Origin: a virus
Length of the DNA stretch: 64,000 nucleotides
IMG/VR virus record: IMGVR_UViG_3300008259_000009
Direction: 5' to 3' (one strand)
This document shows, piece by piece, positions 45,928 through 55,775 of this stretch. Both the position numbers and the translations under genes were made by a program. The notes under the pieces were generated by a model. It was not told where the DNA came from and ran no database searches. It was given only the letters and a program-made list of their open reading frames with translations. The stretch's first letter is position 1, and each line of letters opens with the position of its first letter.

Positions 45928-46410
45928 TTATTCGTTTGAGTAGTCAATGCTACCAACATATATATCAATACCCGTTTTTGTGGTTACTAACTCATATAAA
46001 TCACTGCCTACTTGGTCATTAATATAGTCACTGAAATCAAAATACTCGGACATATCCATATCTTTAACCGTATCTTGAACATTTTTACCAAAAACAACAA
46101 TATCAATTCCAAAAGATGTTGTAAATACTCTATTTACCTGAACATATTTCCATTTTGATAGGATATCGTCCGTATCAAGGTCAATTGGGGGTAGGTTTTC
46201 TAACATTTTTATTGTTTTCTTAATCGCAACCTCATAACCGCCCAAATACTCAACTAAAAAGTCCTGTAAATCAGGTAAATCGTTATGTTCTACATGGAAT
46301 AATGACAATACAGTATCACCAATAGATGGTTCCTTACCTTGTGAGGATAACTTATCCCAATATTTCTTAATTATGGAGAATTTTTGGTCTTCGGTGATGA
46401 TTAATTTCAT
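45928..46410 (-). CDS. Hypothetical protein with MKLIITEDQ leader
   Basis: ATATTTAT at 46415-46422. Confidence 0.75.
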   Translation of the reverse strand: MKLIITEDQKFSIIKKYWDKLSSQGKEPSIGDTVLSLFHVEHNDLPDLQDFLVEYLGGYEVAIKKTIKMLENLPPIDLDTDDILSKWKYVQVNRVFTTSFGIDIVVFGKNVQDTVKDMDMSEYFDFSDYINDQVGSDLYELVTTKTGIDIYVGSIDYSNE

Positions 46411-46421
46411 AATGATAAATA

Positions 46422-46790
46422 TTACGCCGAATATATTTCTCTACCATTGGATATTAATGTACTGAATGTGAAATTATCTGCATCATCTCCGTCATACACC
46501 CAATGTGGTCTGATTCTTGGGTTATAAGATACCGATTTACCCCCAAGATGAGGTTTTGGTGAGTTAATTATAACATTATCACAAATTATCCAAGAACACA
46601 CGGTCTTATTTGCCCCTTCATATATCCTCTGTGCCGTCTTTTTATAGTTTTTTAGTAGACAACCTTCCATAATAAGATTAACCTCATCAGGGTTAAGGTA
46701 TTTTAGTTCAGAATTGGGGTACTCTATCTTCCATTTACGATAATTTTTACCCCTACCTAAATTAAACCTGACTTTTATCTTGTCCTTCAT
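46422..46790 (-). CDS. Conserved phage hypothetical protein
   Basis: VRFNLGRGKNYRKWK..NKTVCSWI..SYNPR. Confidence 0.7.
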   Translation of the reverse strand: MKDKIKVRFNLGRGKNYRKWKIEYPNSELKYLNPDEVNLIMEGCLLKNYKKTAQRIYEGANKTVCSWIICDNVIINSPKPHLGGKSVSYNPRIRPHWVYDGDDADNFTFSTLISNGREIYSA

Positions 46791-46944
46791 CTGAGATTGT
46801 TTCCTTTGGATTTTTTAATTCCTCCAATTGGACGTGTAGCTCTTTAACATAATTTTCAATATGTTTATTTGTCTCACCCAAGTCACTATAGAATTTAATT
46901 AGTTTTTGAATGTCATTAATTTGTCTTTCAGTTACGTTGTCCAT
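46762..46944 (-). CDS. Small coiled-coil protein
   Basis: 60 aa; CTATTTAT variant upstream. Confidence 0.55.
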   Translation of the reverse strand: MDNVTERQINDIQKLIKFYSDLGETNKHIENYVKELHVQLEELKNPKETISDEGQDKSQV

Positions 46945-46971
46945 AATCTTTGAAGTATTTTTTATAAATAG

Positions 46972-47295
46972 TTAGTAGTTTATAAATGATGATTGAGCAA
47001 TTAAACTATTAAAATTGACCCTGGTTTTTATATAATCATTTGGGTATATCATCTTTATAAGTAAAAAAATAGTGTTACCTATATCCGTTAGTAAGTTTGG
47101 TATGAATTTCATATTTTCATCAAATTGGACATCAAAAACCAAAATATCCTCATACTCCGTCCCATGTGTGGTGACCCATGGTCTTAAGATAACCCCAGGA
47201 CGATGTTCACACGTCACATTTACATTTTTAATTTGCGGAAACTTTGGTATAACCAACTTATTAATCTTAATATATATGTCTGAAATCCCATCCAT
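46972..47295 (-). CDS. Hypothetical protein
   Basis: Start probably MDGISD. Confidence 0.55.
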   Translation of the reverse strand: MDGISDIYIKINKLVIPKFPQIKNVNVTCEHRPGVILRPWVTTHGTEYEDILVFDVQFDENMKFIPNLLTDIGNTIFLLIKMIYPNDYIKTRVNFNSLIAQSSFINY

Positions 47296-47308
47296 ACATA
47301 AGATTAAC

Positions 47309-47337
47309 AAAAAACCCCTTTGTTATCAAGGGGTTTC
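47309..47337 (-). terminator. Intrinsic terminator
   Basis: AACCCC..GGGGTT hairpin with T-run on minus strand. Confidence 0.65.
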
Positions 47338-47604
47338 TTTAGGTTTTTTACAAATAGGTGTCCCTTTATCATCATTAAAAATAATAAACTCACCTTTTTC
47401 TTCACCTTTAATTAATTTACCATCAGATTTAAATCCTGAACATCTTTTTAACCCATCAAGGTCTATTTTTTGTGGAATTGTGGTTGTTTGTGTTGTGGTG
47501 TCACCTGTAGTACCACCACTAGTTGGTGTTGTTTGTTCACTTATCACAACACCCTTCTTATACCCAAACAAATATTTTATTTTATCTAATTCTTCGTTAA
47601 TCAT
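47326..47604 (-). CDS. Hypothetical protein with INEE..IKYLFG..VISE leader
   Basis: Thr-rich linker, small Cys-containing domain. Confidence 0.65.
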   Translation of the reverse strand: MINEELDKIKYLFGYKKGVVISEQTTPTSGGTTGDTTTQTTTIPQKIDLDGLKRCSGFKSDGKLIKGEEKGEFIIFNDDKGTPICKKPKETP

Positions 47605-47612
47605 ACTTATAA

Positions 47613-48104
47613 TTATCTTCTTAATTCGGGAATTACCTCGTCTTGAAAGAAAACCCCAATCTCATGTTCTAACCCTTTTGTCTCATCATTGAAACTGTAG
47701 TCATTTAGTTCGTCACTTACGTTATAGAAATCATACCCTGTCAAAAACCCTCTCTTATCCGTTATAATAACCCCCAAATACTCCTCACCTTCAAATTGAA
47801 TCTCCCCGAAGTATTGAATCTCATTTTCATTTTTTAATTCTTCCGAAAAAGTAAATTTAATCATGGGTAAATTAGGAAAGCTTGATTCAAACACTCGTCC
47901 TTCTCTTTCATCATATTCAGGTTCAGGACATTTAAATTCATCAGGATTACCACCGTTTCTCATATGTTCAGAGTAAGCGTCCAAACATTTCTTTTCATCA
48001 ATGAATAACTTTTCTTTTCTAGAAATTTTATCTAATATAGCGTCAATTACTTCATTATTCTCCATTAATCTCAAATATTGTGTTTCAGATATTATTATTT
48101 TCAT
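47613..48104 (-). CDS. Hypothetical protein with MKIIISETQ leader
   Basis: IDAILDKIS helical motif. Confidence 0.7.
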   Translation of the reverse strand: MKIIISETQYLRLMENNEVIDAILDKISRKEKLFIDEKKCLDAYSEHMRNGGNPDEFKCPEPEYDEREGRVFESSFPNLPMIKFTFSEELKNENEIQYFGEIQFEGEEYLGVIITDKRGFLTGYDFYNVSDELNDYSFNDETKGLEHEIGVFFQDEVIPELRR

Positions 48105-48105
48105 A

Positions 48106-48489
48106 TTAATAAATAGCGATATTTGCTGAATAAACTCTTTTAACTTCATAATCAGGAAAGAATTTTTTAAAGGATTCATAGATTAAAAATTTTCCATGAA
48201 CATACCAAATTGGATGTGGTAATATTTTCTCAAATAATTCAGATATGGACCTATCATAGTACAAAATTTTAGATTCAGGATGATAACTGATTAAAGCCTC
48301 ACCATCCTTACCACCAAAAAGTAATATTTTACCTTCTTTTGTTTTTCCGTAAGATTTAAACAATTTCATAACCTTTGGGACTAATCTGTCTTTAACCCTG
48401 TCAAATTGTTCTTCATCTTCAACTTCATCCCAAGTCCTTTCCAACTCACAGATTTGTTTATATTGATTCTCACTGATTATAAGTTTCAT
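48106..48489 (-). CDS. Hypothetical protein with MKLIISENQ leader
   Basis: ATATTTAT at 48494-48501. Confidence 0.75.
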   Translation of the reverse strand: MKLIISENQYKQICELERTWDEVEDEEQFDRVKDRLVPKVMKLFKSYGKTKEGKILLFGGKDGEALISYHPESKILYYDRSISELFEKILPHPIWYVHGKFLIYESFKKFFPDYEVKRVYSANIAIY

Positions 48490-48510
48490 ATCAATAAATA
48501 TTCGTGAAAT

Positions 48511-48536
48511 AAAAAACCCCCGAATTCGGGGGTTTT
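48511..48536 (-). repeat. Terminator+ATATTTAT cassette
   Basis: AAAACCCCCGAATTCGGGGGTTTT, followed on minus strand by ATATTTAT. Confidence 0.75.
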
Positions 48537-48539
48537 AAC

Positions 48540-48725
48540 CTAACTTAATAAACGATTTATCTCGTTCATTACCTTCAATTGTCTTTGTTGTAATTCTTTT
48601 ATCTTGTTTAACTGTTGTTGATTCAAGTCAATAGATTCTCCTTTAATTGAAGCGATTTGATTTTGCAACCTCGTATGTTCATTTAGAAGTTGTCCGTAAT
48701 ATGCGGCTTTTTGGTCATTATTCAT
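48540..48725 (-). CDS. Small coiled-coil protein
   Basis: 61 aa. Confidence 0.6.
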   Translation of the reverse strand: MNNDQKAAYYGQLLNEHTRLQNQIASIKGESIDLNQQQLNKIKELQQRQLKVMNEINRLLS

Positions 48726-48752
48726 ATTATAATAATAATATAAGTTTATTTT

Positions 48753-49001
48753 TTATAAACCATAAATAACCACTTTATCACCTAAAAGGGACTTTGCAAC
48801 ATCAACCGCCTCATCTTTGGTTTTATATCCTTTCTCAACCAATTTCTTAGCGTGGTATACATTATATACCGTAGATGCGACATCTGGTTTGGTAAATTTA
48901 AACTTAGATTCTTTTTTAGGTTTAAATGAATCCTTAGCGTAGATATCATAGAATCCTACTTTGCAAATGTAACGTCCTTTTTGTCCTGATTTTGTTGCCA
49001 T
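48753..49001 (-). CDS. Small basic hypothetical protein
   Basis: 82 aa; TATATTTG at 49038-49045. Confidence 0.7.
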   Translation of the reverse strand: MATKSGQKGRYICKVGFYDIYAKDSFKPKKESKFKFTKPDVASTVYNVYHAKKLVEKGYKTKDEAVDVAKSLLGDKVVIYGL

Positions 49002-49058
49002 AACTTACTTTTATTTTTTAGATGATTAATAATGATACAAATATAATTAATTTTTTTA

Positions 49059-49454
49059 TTATTCCAAACTTCCCCAAGTTTTTTCAAATCTATTTTTATA
49101 TGGGTCTTTAATTCTTGACACTATCCCATAATTCTCAATACGAATTTGGTCGGGTGTGACTATAACTCTATCTCTATTATTAATGAATGTGTACACCAAT
49201 ATATAACCGCCTATATTAGGTGCAAAGTGTCTAAGAGTAAATGCGAAATCATCTTCACTATATGTGTTATTAGTCCCATCAAATTCAAATTCAGGTACAA
49301 AACTATGTTGTCCGTAGAATGCCCTCTTTATATTGGTTAGTTTAATGTTATACAGATATTTTAAACTTAGTTCTGGTTCAATTACGTATTCTACACCCTT
49401 AAAAAAGGTTTCAAAAATTCTTTGTATTAAAACTTCGTGAGGTATCATAATCAA
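49059..49454 (-). CDS. Hypothetical protein
   Basis: 131 aa. Confidence 0.65.
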   Translation of the reverse strand: MIMIPHEVLIQRIFETFFKGVEYVIEPELSLKYLYNIKLTNIKRAFYGQHSFVPEFEFDGTNNTYSEDDFAFTLRHFAPNIGGYILVYTFINNRDRVIVTPDQIRIENYGIVSRIKDPYKNRFEKTWGSLE

Positions 49455-49466
49455 ATGATAATAAAT

Positions 49467-49493
49467 AAAAAATCCCCAATCAATAGATTGGGG
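49467..49493 (-). terminator. Intrinsic terminator
   Basis: CCCCAATC-A-ATAGATTGGGG hairpin with T-run on minus strand. Confidence 0.7.
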
Positions 49494-49677
49494 TCAAGAT
49501 TAAAAAATTACCCACCCTACGGGGTGAAGTAACTTTAATTATTTATAATAATTTCTTCTATCTCTTATTACGGTAATAACTAAGAAAGAACCCGATAAAA
49601 TTAAAAACAATGGTATCATATCAATAGGTATAATAAAATAACTAAAAGGATGTTATGTAATCTTTAAGAAATTGTTA

Positions 49678-49986
49678 TTAATTTTTTCTTGGTAATAACA
49701 CTCCATCAATTTCCATATTATATTTTTTGGTAAACCATTTCTCTATTACCTTATCAAACATATAATTACTAATAGGCATCATTCGTTGGATGGAGTCTCG
49801 GTCTTTTTTACGATACTGCAGGTAATTTTTACCATAATGTTCTCTAACTTGTAATCTGATATTATCCTGACTGTAATAATTCATATATCTATCAAGATTA
49901 CTGTCACTAATACGGTCAATATCTGAATATACAGTATCAAACACTGAATCAACGGCCTTGATTAGATGTTCTTTATTAATTTTCAT
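49678..49986 (-). CDS. Hypothetical protein, WF-motif paralog family
   Basis: IEKWFTKKYNMEIDGV C-terminus. Confidence 0.7.
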   Translation of the reverse strand: MKINKEHLIKAVDSVFDTVYSDIDRISDSNLDRYMNYYSQDNIRLQVREHYGKNYLQYRKKDRDSIQRMMPISNYMFDKVIEKWFTKKYNMEIDGVLLPRKN

Positions 49987-50344
49987 TATCTAAAAATTTT
50001 TTAATGGACTTTTTAACTTTAACCTCAAGTTTATCCAAATATTCATTCCATAAGTTTTCGGCCTTTTTTGGTTCCTCGTCCATATCAACACCCACTAACA
50101 TAAAGAAACTTTTTAAATTATATCTAGCGGGTGAGGTGAAAGTAAACTCGTTAGGGTTATTAAACGCTAAATTATAAAAATTATCGGTATATGGGAATTT
50201 CATATGGGCAGCATAACTATATTTATTATAATCATATTTCATAAAACCAAAAATTTCAGTATCCCTAACAAGCATATCAATAAACTTATCATATATTTTA
50301 TATTTCGCCTTATTGTATTGCTCTTCAGTTAAAATCACTTTCAT
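49976..50344 (-). CDS. Hypothetical protein with MKVILTEEQ leader
   Basis: ATATTTAT at 50350-50357. Confidence 0.75.
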   Translation of the reverse strand: MKVILTEEQYNKAKYKIYDKFIDMLVRDTEIFGFMKYDYNKYSYAAHMKFPYTDNFYNLAFNNPNEFTFTSPARYNLKSFFMLVGVDMDEEPKKAENLWNEYLDKLEVKVKKSIKKFLDNEN

Positions 50345-50420
50345 TATTTATAAATATCTTGTATTTGTTTTCAAATATAAGAACTATTTTTATTATATTT
50401 GTTTTATAAAACTAATGGAT

Positions 50421-50963
50421 ATGAAAAATGTAATTGTAATATTGGTAATGGTGTTGGGTCTGAATGTTTTTGGTCAAAACAGTTTGCTTGAAATTAATCA
50501 CTACCCAAATGTATCTACCGATACAATACCATTTGCTGACAGTCTTCACACTAAGACTTTTTACAATATGGATACATATGTAAAATTGGTCCTCCTTTAT
50601 ATTAACGAGGAAAGAAAATCTCACGGTCTTAATCCATTAGTTATGGATAAAAAACTAATGGGTATAGCTCAAAAACATAGTGATTATATGGCCAGATGGG
50701 CGAACTACAAACACTCAGGATTAAATTATGTTGAGGTAATAAATCGCATAAATAGTATTGAGGTTTGTTCACATAAAGAAAATGCGGGATGTGCGGTTAA
50801 ACAATGGATGCACTCTGAAGCGCATAGAAATGCGTTATTGGACCCTAAACTTAAAACATTTGGTATCGGAGTCCAAGAAAATACGTCAGGAATATATGTT
50901 CATGGAGGTGAAAAATATAACGTAGTTAACAACACTTATTTCACCGTTATCTTTCAATACTAA
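50421..50963 (+). CDS. Secreted CAP/SCP-domain protein
   Basis: Signal peptide; INEERKSHGLNPL, AQKHSDYM, WMHSEAHRNALL, FGIG; TATATTTG at 50394-50401. Confidence 0.88.
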   Translation: MKNVIVILVMVLGLNVFGQNSLLEINHYPNVSTDTIPFADSLHTKTFYNMDTYVKLVLLYINEERKSHGLNPLVMDKKLMGIAQKHSDYMARWANYKHSGLNYVEVINRINSIEVCSHKENAGCAVKQWMHSEAHRNALLDPKLKTFGIGVQENTSGIYVHGGEKYNVVNNTYFTVIFQY

Positions 50964-52198
50964 TCTCTCTGAACCCATTTATCTGCAGGTACCCGATTAC
51001 CATATGTGTGGTCGGGTACTTTTGTCCCTTCAGGTAAACGATTAGTAGCATTATCGGAACTCGCATATCCACTGATGTTTGCTCCTAACTCAACTAAACG
51101 AAAATCCTCAATTTTTTTAGCTTTCATTAAATTATTAATACCATCAAATAATTGTTTATACGTTTCAGGTTTAATTGAAATCATATTATCCTTAAAAAAA
51201 TTGTCATCCAATTTATATGAACCCAAGTCAAACCATTCTTCAGTAGAACCAGATTTAACGGCTCCTGGTACAACACCCTCAACACTTGGCTCCATTCGTT
51301 TAATTACAATATCAGTACCATTAGGGTTATTTACCGATAATATTTTACCTTTTCTACCCGTACCTAAATCACCAAATATGTAATTACCCGCACCACCTGT
51401 AGAGCTTGTGAAGTTGTGTTGTCTTGCATTTGGGTTCTTTAATGATTCGTCGGTCCTGAAATCATCCGCAGTATAATCGGCGATAAAGTTAGCCATCTCT
51501 TTAAATTTATCCACATTATTGGCGTCAAAATGAACTCTACTTTTTTCTCTAGCGGTGTAACCAAATTTTTCTTGGGTAATCGGAATCATAATCCCATATA
51601 TCGTTTCAGCTCTATTAGGACCTTCGGCACTTCCACCTCCGACAGTTTGATTAACAATCTTCGCATTATACTCGGCTGGTATTTTTTCTAAATATTTATT
51701 AAATCTGTTTACCCACGTTGTACTACCTTTAGTAGAATCAAGTTTTTCAGGAGAACCTTTACCTAGTTGTGTTACCAATATGTGTGGAACTCCCCCAATC
51801 TCATAAAAATTATAAAGTATTGTATAAGGGTACATCTCTTGTTTTTCAGGTTCCTTTTTCATTTTACCATAAAAAGTCCCAATAACATATTGGTTCGCAT
51901 CACCAGCACCTAAAACTTTTGTTTCATTAACTCTAACATTTTGTTCTTCAATACTCCCTTTAAATTGAGATAAAAGGTAATTTTTTAATGAAATGGCTCT
52001 ATTAGATGCTAACCATTCATTGCCACCATCAATTCTGATATAACCTATAGATGGATTATAATTTGCAATGCCTGCGGGTAATGCATCTAACTTAAACGTT
52101 AAGTTTGAGAACTTTTTAAAAGCGGGATTTGTTTGCTCTTGCAAACCCATCATATTTTTAATACGTCTAATTTCTTCGTTTAATAAATTTTGTTTCAT
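50960..52198 (-). CDS. Putative virion protein with OmpA-C-like motifs
   Basis: LLNEEIRRIKNMMGLQE leader; NEWLASNRAISLKNYL and ISGYASS motifs. Confidence 0.65.
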   Translation of the reverse strand: MKQNLLNEEIRRIKNMMGLQEQTNPAFKKFSNLTFKLDALPAGIANYNPSIGYIRIDGGNEWLASNRAISLKNYLLSQFKGSIEEQNVRVNETKVLGAGDANQYVIGTFYGKMKKEPEKQEMYPYTILYNFYEIGGVPHILVTQLGKGSPEKLDSTKGSTTWVNRFNKYLEKIPAEYNAKIVNQTVGGGSAEGPNRAETIYGIMIPITQEKFGYTAREKSRVHFDANNVDKFKEMANFIADYTADDFRTDESLKNPNARQHNFTSSTGGAGNYIFGDLGTGRKGKILSVNNPNGTDIVIKRMEPSVEGVVPGAVKSGSTEEWFDLGSYKLDDNFFKDNMISIKPETYKQLFDGINNLMKAKKIEDFRLVELGANISGYASSDNATNRLPEGTKVPDHTYGNRVPADKWVQRD

Positions 52199-52201
52199 CG
52201 C

Positions 52202-52495
52202 TTAATTTAAATGTTTCATTATATCCGCCTTTTTAGCCAAACACATCTTTTTATCACCCAAAGAAGATGATTTTATCACCATTAGTTCTTTATCTGATAA
52301 AGCATTAATATCAATACTTAAAGGATTCCCACCTTCATATGAGTCTCTAATTTTTTTAAGGTCAAATAATGAACACTCCTCAAGAGGTAGTTGGTCTTCT
52401 TTTATTATAGAGTATTTTTCCAAAATGGATTTTTTCTCATCTTGAGATATTTCAACTATTCTTTTCATAATTCTTTCTTTTCTAGCCTTTGCCAT
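52202..52495 (-). CDS. Hypothetical protein with EISQDEK..IIKE leader
   Basis: ATATTTAT at 52515-52522; start at MAKARK or MKRIVE. Confidence 0.65.
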   Translation of the reverse strand: MAKARKERIMKRIVEISQDEKKSILEKYSIIKEDQLPLEECSLFDLKKIRDSYEGGNPLSIDINALSDKELMVIKSSSLGDKKMCLAKKADIMKHLN

Positions 52496-52523
52496 AACTA
52501 TATATTTATTTCTAATAAATATC

Positions 52524-52817
52524 TCAATTATCAATAGTTCCCCAACCAATACTATATATTTTCCTAAAAATAAACTCATCGTAATTAGATTGGAATACCA
52601 TGTTGGACAAATCTCTTATATTATCTTCTATTTCGTTTTCTAATTCTAAATCAATTATTTCAATATTATATTTCCCCGTAACAATCATAATACTATAATA
52701 AAACGCCTCATTATCAATATTATCTGAGTTAACTACGATTTTATCAATAAATGGATATTTCTTAATAATAATTGTATTAAGTATCTTACTAAGTTGTGGG
52801 ACTAAATCGTTTTTCAT
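52524..52817 (-). CDS. Hypothetical protein
   Basis: 97 aa; KKYPFIDKIVV. Confidence 0.65.
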   Translation of the reverse strand: MKNDLVPQLSKILNTIIIKKYPFIDKIVVNSDNIDNEAFYYSIMIVTGKYNIEIIDLELENEIEDNIRDLSNMVFQSNYDEFIFRKIYSIGWGTIDN

Positions 52818-52823
52818 ATAACA

Positions 52824-53390
52824 TTAAAATTCAGTCTCCAAGTCATACCCCATTTTATCGGTATATTTCTCTTGTAATACTTTATTAACAATTGATATTA
52901 CTTCATCCCTATAATCCTCAACAAGGTTAAAGAACTCATCGTCATAGTTTGGGTCATCGTCATATAAATCATCATAAATACTTCTACCATTCTCAGTAAT
53001 TGAGTCCAAGTCAATCTCCATTCTCATATGAACATATTGATTTGGAACGCTAACCTCAATTTCCCATAGTGTTACCAAAAAAGAAATATTATTCCACTCA
53101 AATCGTAATTTTCTACCACTATCAGTTTCGTCTGTTAAATATAAACCAGGTCTTACCTCAAATAATGTAAAATCAGCTTTTAGGTATTTAAGGGGGTCAA
53201 CACCATTTTTTTTGTTCCATTCTAATACCCAATGTTGTATTGTTGTGTATTGGTGAAAAAATAATCCAAATAATTTGATTTTAGTCATATCGTAATTGGC
53301 GTACCCCTGTTTATCCCAAAGTCTAAACAACATATTTTTTTGAGCTTCAATAACCGAATTTTGATTTTCTCTTATAATTACTTTCATCAT
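52824..53390 (-). CDS. Hypothetical protein with MKVIIRENQ leader
   Basis: LFRLWDKQG resembles 45928 KKYWDKL. Confidence 0.72.
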   Translation of the reverse strand: MMKVIIRENQNSVIEAQKNMLFRLWDKQGYANYDMTKIKLFGLFFHQYTTIQHWVLEWNKKNGVDPLKYLKADFTLFEVRPGLYLTDETDSGRKLRFEWNNISFLVTLWEIEVSVPNQYVHMRMEIDLDSITENGRSIYDDLYDDDPNYDDEFFNLVEDYRDEVISIVNKVLQEKYTDKMGYDLETEF

Positions 53391-53701
53391 TCAACAGGTA
53401 TTACTGTAGGTTTACCAAATGGTTCTAAGACATGTGTAAAATACTCGTTAACAAATCTCAAATGGTCGGAATCAACTCGGTTACCATAAACATCAACAAA
53501 AATTAATACTCGGTGTGACATAACTTTAACCATTGTGACTTTGATTCTATCTATTACATTTATATATGATAAATACCAATTACCCGAAGACACTTCTTCA
53601 TCTTTATATCTTTGTTTTAACACATTCCATTCATCATCAATTTTATTTTGATAAAATGAATGTAATTTATTCTCGGTATTTTCATTAATTATAACTTTCA
53701 C
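53387..53701 (-). CDS. Hypothetical protein with MKVIINE leader
   Basis: Translationally coupled; IDRIKVT motif shared with 54180. Confidence 0.72.
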   Translation of the reverse strand: MKVIINENTENKLHSFYQNKIDDEWNVLKQRYKDEEVSSGNWYLSYINVIDRIKVTMVKVMSHRVLIFVDVYGNRVDSDHLRFVNEYFTHVLEPFGKPTVIPVE

Positions 53702-54180
53702 GATAAATAATTATTCACTAACATTTCAAATAGTTTATTTAAGTATTTAGTTTCCAATTTGTTAACACGAACATCATAATCATCAAAATATTCGTCATAC
53801 ATCTGACCATCTTCATCAAATTCCCATACCGTAACATGGGCGAATAAGTTGTCATTATAATTCTCAATAAAATCAATATAAGATTCAAATGTGTGGCCAT
53901 CATCACCATCAAATTCGTCATACAAAATATCGGAATCTACTTCAGATAAATAGATTCTACCCCCGCCACCATAAACAGGATGTTGTTCATCAAGTCCAAT
54001 TATTTCTTTAATTAAATCTATCTTACTTTCTCTTGAATCAAAGTAATCGGGTAAAAGAGTTATGAAATTATCGTACCCTCCCATGAACTTAATGGTATTT
54101 AATAATCCATTATTATCAATCATACCCATTAGTTTATGACTAATACCTTTTTTTTGTTCTTCTGTGACTACTATTCTCAT
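53698..54180 (-). CDS. Acidic hypothetical protein with MRIVVTEEQ leader
   Basis: TAATG coupling with upstream gene. Confidence 0.72.
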   Translation of the reverse strand: MRIVVTEEQKKGISHKLMGMIDNNGLLNTIKFMGGYDNFITLLPDYFDSRESKIDLIKEIIGLDEQHPVYGGGGRIYLSEVDSDILYDEFDGDDGHTFESYIDFIENYNDNLFAHVTVWEFDEDGQMYDEYFDDYDVRVNKLETKYLNKLFEMLVNNYLS

Positions 54181-54566
54181 TACCATTGGGGATTTTCATT
54201 TTTTAGGTCCACATTGTCTTCTATTATTTTAAGTTTGACACCCCTATCTCTTCCAAATGTAAGTCCCTTAACATAATACTCTAAATGAAACAATAGATTA
54301 GATGTGTCAAAAAATTTAATTGAGTCCAAAACTATATTAACATGAATGTTAACCACCATAATATTTGCACCAGGGTAAGTTTCATCGTAAATATCAACAT
54401 TAGTAACCTTAATACTATCAACACTTTCAATATCATCTAAAACACGAGGGTCAACCCAATCAGGAACATTATCAGGACCATCAATACTAATCAATTCAGA
54501 CACACACTTATCAATTAATGATTGATATAGATTAACCATTTTATTTTCGGTAATTAATACTTTCAT
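54180..54566 (-). CDS. Hypothetical protein with MKVLITENK leader
   Basis: TAATG coupling. Confidence 0.72.
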   Translation of the reverse strand: MKVLITENKMVNLYQSLIDKCVSELISIDGPDNVPDWVDPRVLDDIESVDSIKVTNVDIYDETYPGANIMVVNIHVNIVLDSIKFFDTSNLLFHLEYYVKGLTFGRDRGVKLKIIEDNVDLKNENPQW

Positions 54567-54895
54567 TATGCCTCAACCCTTTTTAAAACGTATATTCTAA
54601 CCTCCCATTTACTTCCATATTCTTGCAAACCTAAACCAAACATAGAATCAAGACCAACCTTGATACTCCCTTTTAACTTCGCAACAACATCATAATTAAC
54701 CGATTCACCTCCTGTTAAAATATTATGAGGGTCCATTGTAATCTCAATAGTTTTCCTTTGTATTATTTCATCATTACGGCTAGCCAGCATAACAGGTTTG
54801 GTATTAAAGGAAACGGTAATTACTTCAGGAAATGAAGTTTTAATGAATCGCTCAATTGTCCCTTCTAATCTGTCTTCAGTTATAAGATATTTCAT
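54566..54895 (-). CDS. Hypothetical protein with MKYLITEDR leader
   Basis: ATATTTAT at 54901-54908. Confidence 0.75.
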   Translation of the reverse strand: MKYLITEDRLEGTIERFIKTSFPEVITVSFNTKPVMLASRNDEIIQRKTIEITMDPHNILTGGESVNYDVVAKLKGSIKVGLDSMFGLGLQEYGSKWEVRIYVLKRVEA

Positions 54896-54917
54896 ATTAC
54901 ATAAATATAATGAAAAT

Positions 54918-54943
54918 AAAAAACCCACCTGTTTGGGGGGTGG
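54918..54943 (-). repeat. Terminator+ATATTTAT cassette
   Basis: AAAAAACCCACC-TGTTTGGG-GGTGGG. Confidence 0.8.
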
Positions 54944-54968
54944 GTAAATTAAATCATTTTATGTTTTT

Positions 54969-55697
54969 TTAGGGTGTAATAAGTTTTAAACCATCGGTTG
55001 GTAATATAAGTCTATGACTACCACTTTGATTGGTGATACCATCAATTGTAGAGGTACCTCCATTAATCGTGATTGTTAATTTAGTACCGTCATTTACATA
55101 TCCTAAAATTGTTTTTTTAAGTTCTTGATATTCGTTAGGATTTATTTTGTGAGTTATTACTTTATCAGTAGATGCCGTTCCTGTAGTCACAGGAGTTGCG
55201 GGAACATTTTTATTATCCCCTGTTGTAGGGAATTGATGCTGTTCTCTTACTACCCCACCACTTTGGACTTTTTTAGGTAAAATCCATCCTAATTGTCCTA
55301 AACAAACGTTTTTGGGCATATTAACACCAATGTAATTTAAATGACCACAAAATTTTTCAGTTGATGGGACATCACTAAAGTCACCTTTAAATAAAGTTGC
55401 AATATCTTCACCTTTTGATTTTGCGATAGCATCAATTCTACCATACTCATTTTTGTCTTTAATAGAATATAGAGCCTTAAAAAACGCATCTTCATTAGTT
55501 CCAGCACCTTTAACGGATTGGTATAACAAGTTATATTTTTGTTCGTCGTAATTTTCATTCAGTAACGGTTTAACGTTACCCAACTCAGACTCCATTAATG
55601 ATTTAAAACGTTCAGCATTAATTTTTATTTCCGCACCATATTGTTCAAGAATACCATTCTTTTCTTCATCACTTAAACCGTTTAATATATGTTTCAT
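54969..55697 (-). CDS. Protein with annexin-like repeat
   Basis: LYQSVKGAGTNEDAFFKAL..GEDIATLFKGDFS after PLLNE junction; ATATTTAT at 55712-55719. Confidence 0.7.
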   Translation of the reverse strand: MKHILNGLSDEEKNGILEQYGAEIKINAERFKSLMESELGNVKPLLNENYDEQKYNLLYQSVKGAGTNEDAFFKALYSIKDKNEYGRIDAIAKSKGEDIATLFKGDFSDVPSTEKFCGHLNYIGVNMPKNVCLGQLGWILPKKVQSGGVVREQHQFPTTGDNKNVPATPVTTGTASTDKVITHKINPNEYQELKKTILGYVNDGTKLTITINGGTSTIDGITNQSGSHRLILPTDGLKLITP

Positions 55698-55729
55698 AAT
55701 ATTTTTTTTATATAAATATCATTTAAAAT

Positions 55730-55755
55730 AAAAAACCCACCTAAAAAGATGGGGT
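55730..55755 (-). repeat. Terminator+ATATTTAT cassette
   Basis: AAAAAACCCACC-TAAAAA-GATGGG. Confidence 0.75.
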
Positions 55756-55775
55756 TAACATAATTTGTTTCGGTA

